From the NCBI GenBank assembly GCA_965235115.1, contig OZ249436.1, positions 48,610,001 through 48,674,000 of the forward strand: a stretch of 64,000 nucleotides of DNA, in the 5' to 3' direction. The notes under the pieces are model-generated. The model had not been told where the DNA came from, ran no database searches, and was given only the letters and a program-made list of their open reading frames with translations. This document shows positions 54,801-64,000 of this stretch, piece by piece. The stretch is from Laetmonice hystrix (lineage: Eukaryota). The translations under genes and the position numbers were made by a program. Positions within the stretch are counted from its first letter, which is position 1, and each line of letters starts with the position of its first letter.

Positions 54801-55730
54801 AACTGGAATCACCTATCAACTACTGCACTCCATTACCCCCTTTTTCTCCCCAGACCTAAGAAAATGATCCCAACCCCTAACCCTTCCCCTCTCCCTAAAC
54901 TTCACCCTAAATTTCATGGGAATGTTACCACGGGCCGGGGAATAACCCGTTTTTACCAGCCGATCGACAGGACAGTTCCAGCGCCGGACAGCCAGCCACC
55001 TGACCGGCACTGAATCCCACGGACGACAAAAGGCTGGTCGTTCTGTATCTGTATTGTCTGCCCATCATGGCAGTCTGAAGGTAGCTGTCGACTCGGCGGT
55101 GGGAGATGTCCCCATTCATGTCAGTGGTGGAGCCGACAGGACCGAGGAGTCTGTGATCTTCTCACGGACGAGGAGAGTTTGATGGGGAGGATGCACTTAG
55201 TTTAAGTGGCTGATAATGGAAGATTAGGTCCATTAAGACAGCACGGTTACAAGGTTGTTAGATTCGGAGTGGAATGAAACGATCTCAATGCTGCGGGTAG
55301 ATTGTCGGTCTACTCTGTGTACAGGGAGACAGACATAGCGAGTAATCTTAACTCCCCACACAAAAATCAATATTCACGATTTGATAGATGTCAATGAATG
55401 CCCCCTTCCCAGGTGACATAAAGAAAACCTCTGCTAGGGGAGTAAAATACTTAATCTGAGAGTGGCTTCTTAAAATTCGCGTTGATGTGAGTTATATAGA
55501 GGAAATGATGCGGAGTTTATTGGGACTTAATGTGTTTGTAATTGCTGCAGTCCATAACAAACGAACAAAGTGGGAGACTCCAGCATGTGCTGGTGTTTCT
55601 GGGTATATGACATGGTCACTAACTCATCGTGTTCACACCGTCCTTCAGTAGAACGCTTTATCAAGTGTTGTGAAGCAGGGAGGGCGAAAGAGTGAATCCA
55701 GAGAGATGGACTTTCAAAACTAGAGGTATA

Positions 55731-57350
55731 GGACGGTTAGCGAGTGGCCGGTCTACATGTTGGAAGGGAATCAGGACGGTTAGCGAGTGGCCGGTCTACA
55801 TGTTGGAAGGGAATCAGGACGGTTAGCGAGTGGCCCGTCTACAGGTGGGAAGGGAATCAGGACGGTTAGCGAGTGGCCCGTCTACAGGTGGGCAGGGAAT
55901 CAGGACGGTTAGCGAGTGGCCCGTCTACAGGTGGGCAGGGAATCAGGACGGTTAGCGAGTGGCCCGTCTACAGGTGGGAAGGGAATCAGGACGGTTAGCG
56001 AGTGGCCCGTCTACAGGTGGGAAGGGAATCAGGACGGTTAGCGAGTGGCCCGTCTACAGGTGGGAAGGGAATCAGGACGGTTAGCGAGTGGCCGGTCTAC
56101 AGGTGAGAAGGGAATCAGGACGGTTAGCGAGTGACTCGTCTACAGGTTGGAAGGGAATGAGGACGGTTAACGAGTGGCCCGTCTACAGGTGGGAAGGGAA
56201 TCAGGACGGTTAGCGAGTGGCCGGTCTACAGGTGGGAAGGGAATCAGGACGGTTAGCGAGTGACTCGTCTACAGGTTGGAAGGGAATGAGGACGGTTAAC
56301 GAGTGGCCCGTCTACAGGTGGGAAGGGAATCAGGACGGTTAGCGAGTGGCCGGTCTACAGGTGGGAAGGGAATCAGGACGGTTAGCGAGTGGCCGGTCTA
56401 CAGGTGGGAAGGGAATCAGGACGGTTAGCGAGTGGCCCGTCTACATGTTGGAAGGGAATCAGGACGGTTAGCGAGTGGCCGGTCTACAGGTGGGAAGGGA
56501 ATCAGGACGGTTAGCGAGTGGCTGGTCTACAGCTGGGAAGGGAATGACGGTTAGCGAGTGGCCGGTCTACAGGTGGGAAGGGAATGAGGATGGTTAGCGA
56601 GTGACTCGTCTACAGGTGGGCAGGGAATCAGGACGGTTAGCGAGTGGCCCGTCTACAGGTGGGAAGGGAATGAGGATGGTTAGCGAGTGACTCGTCTACA
56701 GGTGGGAAAGGAATCAGGACGGTTAGCGAGTGGCCGGTCTACAGGTGGGAAGGGAATCAGGACGGTTAGCGAGTGACTCGTCTACAGGTGGGAAGGGAAT
56801 CAGGACGGTTAGCGAGTGACTCGTCTACAGGTGGGAAGGGAATCAGGACGGTTAGCGAGTGGCCCGTCTACATGTTGGAAGGGAATCAGGACGGTTAGCG
56901 AGTAGCCCGTCTACATGTTGGAAGGGAATCAGGACGGTTAGCGAGTAGCCCGTCTACAGGTGGGAAGGGAATCAGGACGGTTAGCGAGTGGCCGGTCTAC
57001 AGGTGGGAAGGGAATCAGGACGGTTAGCGAGTGGCCGGTCTACAGGTGGGAAGGGAATCAGGACGGTTAGCGAGTGGCCGGTCTACAGGTGGGAAGGGAA
57101 TCAGGACGGTTAGCGAGTGGCCCGTCTACAGGTGGGAAGGGAATCAGGACGGTTAGCGAGTGGCCCGTCTACATGTTGGAAGGGAATCAGGACGGTTAGC
57201 GAGTAGCCCGTCTACATGTTGGAAGGGAATCAGGACGGTTAGCGAGTAGCCCGTCTACAGGTGGGCAGGGAATCAGGACGGTTAGCGAGTGGCCCGTCTA
57301 CAGGTGGGAAGTGAATCAGGACGGTTAGCGAGTGGGCCGTCCACAGGTAG
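55731..57350. repeat. 43-bp minisatellite, about 37 copies
   Basis: Unit ggacggttagcgagtggcc(c/g)gtctacaggtgggaagggaatca. Confidence 0.97.
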
Positions 57351-59120
57351 GAATGGAATGGGGAGGGGGGAGAAACACACCTGAGAAATTCACCACGGCA
57401 GTTCGTGCACAGGTATTGGTCTAAAATGACAAATTGGACCTTGACTGGACATTGTCTGCCCACTGCCTGCCACCGGACACCTCTGGCCCCTGGTTCACAG
57501 GTGTGGACACAGGCTGACCGGAGAGTGACCGGTCACTGACCATGGGTCCTACAGGTGACGGGGCGCAGGGCACGTCGACCCTGCGCCTTGCCCCCCGGCA
57601 CCCCGCGCCCTGCCCCGGGGCCACGGAAGGTCCGGCGACTGGCACTTACCACGAATATATACATTGAATTAATATCAAATAGGGAGTTGATAAAGAAACT
57701 TGTCTGGTTCAAAGGGGGAGATGGGTAAGTGTGATTTGTGGAGTTCACAGAGATGGGCGTCAGAGGTCAGACGGGTGGGGTGAAGGAATGTCCGGCTATC
57801 AAGGTCAGGATCTGGGGAGTGGACACAACTGACCATTGGTCAGTTGTGTATACTTGGAGAACGACGCATGATAGATGAAAGGGTCAAAATGTATTTTCTA
57901 CCTGTATGTCGGGGTGAAGAGGGGCGTGTGTGGAGGGGGTGCAGGGTAAGGGGTTGTTTGCCGAGGTCCCAGGGGTTGATAGGGGTTGGAGGAGGGGGGT
58001 TCGGGGGAGGGGGTAATGCGGGATGGTGAAGGAACGCCTAATGTTATACCACTCAGGGTGAACAATGACACCATAATGGCACACACACCCAAACGTAACT
58101 CACCTCGGCCGCGGGGCTAGCTGGGTGTCAGGATCCCACTCACTACCCGCACCTAGGTCAAGGTCAGGGGTCAAGGGGTCAGCCGTGTGAAAAACTGACC
58201 AGTGGGAATCTGTGGCCGGGGTTGGGAGTGGCCACAGGTAACGGTATGATCAATGTGTTCCTGCAGAGGGTGTCATAAATTAGGTTTGTCAGTGTCATCT
58301 CAGTACCGTACACTATACCGACCTGACAGTGACAGCGACATGGGGGCGTCTGGCGTCACCTGGCGTCACCTATAGGGTCACACCGCGAAAATGTCTCAGG
58401 GGTCAGCCAGATTTAGCCGTAGCTTTTCTTAGGAATACTTTTGTGAAGAGAAAATCAACAAGGGTTTTCCCTTTCTCATATTGGTGTCCCCAGGGCCTTG
58501 CGTATAATGTACATGTTTCTACTTTATTGTTTTCAGAAGAGATTGGTAATTTTAATATACGATTCATAAATATGATATTAAACGTAACCTGAGTCTTTAG
58601 TTTTTATTCTGCAAACCCTTCTGAAGGTCGTCATGTGACCTTGGTTACCTTGGCAAGGTGAAGTGTGACCGGCAGGGTAGTTGTAGCCGGTCTGTAGTGT
58701 AAGTGGTGGTCAGTAAGTGTTGACGACAGTCAGTCTACACTGAGGGCAGGTGTGACTGCCCCCAGGCCGTGGGTCAGGTCGCCAGGGTCCCGGCTCGGCC
58801 AGGGTCTCAGGACCGGGGCACTGCCCGGGTCAAGGGCCGACCCAACACCCGACCAATTTAACTGTCAGCGCTCCAACCCCAACCGCACAGCCAGCCCCTG
58901 GTCTAGGAAACCCCATGGGGTGCGCCTCCCCAAGAAATAATTGAGGATCGATTTATTATTCGTTGTGTCGTCCTATAGGTGTTCCTGTCTGTACTACCTG
59001 AATGTTTGAAACTTGTACTTTTTGTACCGGTTGCCGGACGGGATTGGCACGGCCCGAACCCCTCGAGAGAGGGTGTCAGTGCTGCTTCACGGGTCGAGGT
59101 TGAGATTATAGTGGAGAGCT

Positions 59121-59903
59121 TGTAAAACAAGGCACTTGGGCATCCTGCTGAACAAGGCACTCGTCTTGGACAGGCCGATTTTACTTGTAAAACAAGGCAC
59201 TTGGGCCTCCTCCACCTGCTGAACAAGGCACTCGTCTTGGACAGGCCGATTTTACTTGTAAAACACGGCACTTGGGCATCCTCCACCTGCAAACAAGGCA
59301 GTCGTCTTGGACAGGCCGATTTTACTTGTAAAACACGGCACTTGGGCCTCCTCCACCTGCAAACAAGGCACTCGTCTTGGACAGGCCGATTTTACTTGTA
59401 AAACACGGCACTTGGGCATCCTCCACCTGCTGAACAAGGCACTCGTCTTGGACAGGCCGATTTTACTTGTAAAACAAGGCACTTGGGCCTCCTCCACCTG
59501 CTGAACAAGGCACTCGTCTTGGACAGGCCGATTTTACTTATAAAACACGGCACTTGGGCACCCTCCACCTGCTGAACAAGGCACTCGTCTTGGACAGGCC
59601 GATTTTACTTGTAAAACAAGGCACTTGGGCATCCTCCACCTGCTGAACAAGGCACTCGTCTTGGACAGGCCGATTTTACTTGTAAAACACGGCACTTGGG
59701 CATCCTCCACCTGCAAACAAGGCACTCGTCTTGGACAGGCCGATTTTACTTGTATACCACGGCACTTGGGCCTCCTCCACCTGCAAACAAGGCACTCGTC
59801 TTGGACAGGCCGATTTTACTTGTAAAACACGGCACTTGGGCCTCCTCCACCTGCAAACAAGGCACTCGTCTTGGACAGGCCGATTTTACTTGTAAAACAC
59901 GGC
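59121..59903. repeat. 70/71-bp minisatellite, about 11 copies
   Basis: Unit gtaaaaca(a/c)ggcacttgggc(c/a)tcctccacctgc(tg/a)aacaaggcactcgtcttggacaggccgattttactt. Confidence 0.96.
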
Positions 59904-60411
59904 CATCTTCAGAACATGTTTGTATACACCCAAATCGTTTAATCCGCAGTGGCAACCAATAATTACAAAAATTGTAAACAGTAAATGGCGTGTACAAAAG
60001 TCGTTCGTGATTAAATATCAAGGAAGTTCATTCTGAGAGAACGAGAGAGAAAGCTAGCACTATTCTTATTTCCATTTCGACTGATAAAGGCGATTTTAAA
60101 ATGCAATTGTCTTAGCCAACAAGATGTAGCAAAGGTATATATCGATATTGGAATATATTTGACAACAAGATGTAGCAAAGGTATATACATCGATATGGAA
60201 ATATGAAAGTGTCTTTGACCGTGGCTGATATTCAATCGGTTAGGGTTGGGTTCGGCCCACTGCCCTCAGTCACCAATCGATGCCGTCCGCCTGTAGGGCA
60301 GGTGTGGTTTAGGGTTCACACTCCAACCCCCAACTCCATGCAACACAAGTCGGTTGTCCCCCCAGGGCCACGGTTTAGACTTGTAAATCATTGGAGGGAC
60401 AAACGACTTAA

Positions 60412-61309
60412 GCCCCTGTCACACTTTCCCGGATCGCGCGCCGGGTCTTGCCGGATCGGGGCTACGGGCGCATCCGGCATGATCCGTGGTCCGATCCGGC
60501 GTGATCCGGGATGTTCCGTAGCTACCCGTGGCAACCCGTACCGATTCGTAGCGGTCTTTCGACCCGTGGAAAAGTTTTGAACATGTTCAAAACTTTTTCG
60601 ATTTCGACCACGGATAAAATCGCCGTAGCGGATCCGTAGCAACCCGTAGATGACCCGTAGTAACCCGTAGACGATACGTAGCAAACCTTAGTGGACACCT
60701 AGCGTTTCCCTAGTAAGCCGTGATCACGTGATCGGTGATGGATCCACTACGTGTTGTTAGGTATCCTTCCCGGGTTGGTACGCATAGGTAAGTATTGGTA
60801 GGTATAGGAACGGATCACACAAAGTATTGGTACGTATCCACTACGGGTTGATACGGTGTGCTACGGTGGTACCCTACGTATTGTGACGGGTTGGTATGGC
60901 TTGCTACGGGTTGCTTCAAATCAAGGTGGCCAACGCGTGTGGCACGTGGTGACGCTCGCCTATATATTGGCGAGCACCCCAACCTGTTCGATCCGTAATA
61001 ACCCGTCGGAGATACGTAACAGCCCGTAGTAATCCGTAGTGGAACCGCATCAACCCGTAAGAGAGCCGTAGTGAGCCATAGTAAGCCGTACCTATACGGA
61101 GTAGCCCCGGGAAGCTATTCGTAACAATCCTTCTCAACCCGTAACAATGTCGTAGTAACCCCTACTGGAGCCGTGTCAACCCTTATCGACCCGTTCTGGA
61201 TACGGAGTTTCACGCATCATCGCCTTTCCAGGTCACGGAAGCTGCCGGATCGCCTTCCGCTACGGATCATTCCAAACCGTCGTGCGATCCGGGAAAGTGT
61301 GACAGGGGC
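60412..61309. mobile_element. Non-autonomous TIR element of about 0.9 kb flanked by TTAA (termini Harbinger-like; class ambiguous)
   Basis: TTAA|gcccctgtcacactttcccggatcgc...gcgatccgggaaagtgtgacaggggc|TTAA; interior rich in cccgta/tacggg repeats. Confidence 0.88.
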
Positions 61310-61404
61310 TTAAATATGAACTGTGACAAAACAGTTGGAGGCTGAAATCGTGTTGTGTTCCGGGCGACGGTGGCGGGTCGGGAAGGTGGTCATGTCAGCT
61401 GGGA

Positions 61405-62102
61405 TCAGGGACAGGGGAGGGGTAACTCCGGATGGCACAGTTTGGGACCGGTGGCCGGGCGGAGACTTTGGCCCCTTGACTGGGAGACGGGTTTGGGACC
61501 GGTGGCCGTGCGGTGAGTTTGGCCCCTTGACTGGGAGACAGGGGTAGGGTAACTCCGGGTGGCACAGTTTGGGACCGGTGGCCGTGCGGTGAGTTTGGAC
61601 ACGTGGCTGGGAGACGGGTTTGGGACCGGTGGCCGTGCGGCGAGTTTGGACCCGTGGCTGGGAGACGGGTTTGGGACCGGTGGCCGTGCGGTGAGTTTGG
61701 ACCCGTGGCTGGGAGACAGGGGTAGGTTAACTCTGGATGGAACAGTTTGGGACCGGTGGCCGTGCGGCGAGTTTGGACCCGTGGCTGGGAGACATGGGTA
61801 GGTTAACTCTGGATGGCACAGTTTGGGACCGGTGGCCGTGCGGTGAGTTTGGACCCGTGGCTCGGAGACAGGGGTAGGTTTACTCCGGATGGCACAGTTT
61901 GGGACCGGTGGCCGTGCGGTGAGTTTGGACCCGTGGCTGGGAGACATGGGTAGGTTAACTCTGGATGGAACAGTTTGGGACCGGTGGCCGTGCGGTGAGT
62001 TTGGACCCGTGGCTGGGAGACGGGTTTGGGACCGGTGGCCGTGCGGTGAGTTTGTCCCACTGACTGGGAGACAGGGGTAGGTTAACTCTGGATGGAACAG
62101 TT
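61405..62102. repeat. Composite minisatellite with 51-bp and 76-bp units
   Basis: Core gtttgggaccggtggccgtgcggtgagtttggacccgtggctgggagac, with or without a 25-bp module aggggtaggttaactctggatgg(c/a)ac. Confidence 0.95.
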
Positions 62103-63025
62103 CACCCGGGCGGTCGACTCGGGGCGACCCGGCTGTAGGCGCACGCTCAGAGCTTGCCGGAACCACGTCACCTGACGACAACCTGATGACAGATACCGCA
62201 CCCCTGGCTGTCCACGGCTGGGGTGACTGGAAATGTCACGGGGCACGGGTATGGGGTGAAAGGGGTAAGGGGATCGACCTGGGATAAACTAGGTGATAAT
62301 GATGTTCACGTGAGGGTTGGTACAATTCACCCCAACCCTCCCTCTGTCCAGGTGAATCCAGGACAATATAATATTGTTACGGGGAGCTGATGTCGCAGAC
62401 TTACGTCACCTAAACATATTGCCGACAATGCAGCTGTGTATAAGTTGTTTTGTTATGGGCGTGTATTTTCCAGGTCCTTCATTTATGAATTTATAATTGA
62501 CCATGTTCAGCTTGATTGTCAGATCGCGTTATGTAACTGGCTTTGTCAGATATAGGCTAGTGGTCAGAGGTAAACCTGCCCGTGTCGTCAGCCGCTGGGG
62601 CCCATCAAATTACACTGTAACTTTCAGATTGTTCAATATGTACTCGCGTTTAAGATGTAGTCAATAAAATAAACGTGACCATGGTATGGTTTTCATCTGA
62701 GAATTCCTTTTGTATATTAGAAATGACAACTGTATTATGGTTCACAAGATTGAATTAAGATATATTGGAAATATTTAAATAAATCTGATTATAGATATCA
62801 TCCATACCAGGGAGTGAACATCAGATAGGAGCAGATTATCTATCGGAGCATATAATGACGTCAGTCGTGTTACCTTGACAACCGTGGGAGCGGGCAGAGC
62901 GGGGGGATTACACTCCGGTAGTGGGCACTGGACTCTCACATGATTACAACCCGGTCACGTAGGCTGGTGGTCAGGGGGTCGGCTGACCAGTCCTGGTCAG
63001 TGATCAGTTGTTATGGAACATGGAA

Positions 63026-63196
63026 CGGGTGGGAAGGCGGACTCTCACCCCGACCGGCGGCCGGCGTGGGTGAGGTTCGGCCAGTGTCCGTCCCTCTACC
63101 CCGATGATACCGGCCCGGGTGGGAAGGCGGGCTCTCACCCCGACCGGCGCCCGGCGTGGGTGAGGTTCGGCCAGTGTCCGTCCCTCTACCCCGATG
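63026..63196. repeat. Tandem duplication with a 90-bp period
   Basis: cgggtgggaaggcgg...ccgtccctctaccccgatg at 63026 and 63116. Confidence 0.9.
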
Positions 63197-64000
63197 TACC
63201 GATAAAGTCACATGGAATTATGTCTACACACCCGCCTCGGTACCCTTCATGTCCGGCCACAAAGACTGGCGTTTCTTTGTTACCCCGCCAACCCCTGGCC
63301 ACGCTTCAGGCCGTGCGCTGTTTTTCTGGTTGACTGACACAGGTCAGGGTAGTCACTTTGGATATCGAATGCTATACCGTCACAGAATAACTCCAGCTAA
63401 GTTTGCGTAAGATTCCATTTCTGGTTTCTACGAAATGGCTGCGAGCTGATAATCTGTATTTCATTTTCTGTCTCAAATAATTCATTGATAATAATCAGTA
63501 TTTCATTTTCTTTCTCAAATAATATTATTATTCATTGATTTCTGTCTCAAATAATTCATTGATAATAATCAGTATTACAATTTCTTTCTCAAATAATTCA
63601 TTCACAATATACTCCTTGCAGCCGTCACGGGACGTAAAACATTTCTGACATTAGATTCTGTACGTATGACCCGTACCATTGCCATTCCTACAGTAAACCA
63701 TACCGATCTTGGTGAGGTGTGAAAGGATTTAACGTTTCGAGTAGTCGTACAAGATGCCGTGGCATTGTGTCCATTGTATAACTCAGCAGACAACTGCTCA
63801 CTCATACAATATAACACGTATGTATACACCCAGGTAGACAGTGGGTGCGTGTGGGTGTGCATGGGGTGGTGTCAAGGGATATAGAAATAACCCCGGCACA
63901 GGTCCCTCCTCGGATCGCTGCTCATCTATAGGATCCTCTCGAATCGGAGACCGACTTAAACTATAGTTATAAAAAGCACGAATTATCAACATTCTGACTG

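Noticed and set aside
55731..59903. CRISPR-like appearance of the 43-bp and 71-bp arrays
   Set aside because: Head-to-tail repeats with no unique spacers, no cas genes, and a eukaryotic context.
61405..62181. 258-aa Pro-rich ORF (and the 278-aa ORF at 27731-28567)
   Set aside because: Both are translations of minisatellites.
47295..64000. Conserved bilaterian miRNAs in the large intron (seed-like hits such as tggaatgta at 49201 and aacccgtaga at 60641)
   Set aside because: Matches stop after 9-11 nt with no supporting hairpin, and one lies in a MITE. Lineage-specific miRNAs cannot be excluded by eye.

Overview
Intron-rich animal genomic DNA, most likely an invertebrate bilaterian; the taxon cannot be fixed from the sequence. 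It is not prokaryotic, and most ORFs in the supplied track are intronic or repeat-derived. Hand-splicing (GT-AG, phase-checked) gives five genes: the last two exons of a MET/RON-like tyrosine kinase (+), complete cytosolic phospholipase A2 (PLA2G4A-like, -, 17 coding exons, 795 aa), complete METTL22 (+, 9 exons, 363 aa), complete SUZ12 (-, 15 exons, 706 aa), and the first five coding exons of DGK-epsilon (+). I found no further DGKE exon in the last 16.7 kb. Introns hold many non-autonomous DNA transposons and minisatellites. The main observations are: (1) a 4.3-kb decayed PIF/Harbinger element in cPLA2 intron 3, still carrying a spliced Myb/SANT relic and a transposase N-terminal relic and hosting nested insertions; (2) a divergent cluster of CTCF-like motifs followed by a stretch rich in nuclear-receptor DR1 and CRE sites inside the large DGKE intron; (3) two promoter-like blocks between SUZ12 and DGKE, with a phase-compatible candidate alternative SUZ12 first exon. 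I see no convincing wholly new protein-coding system; the regulatory findings are inferences.
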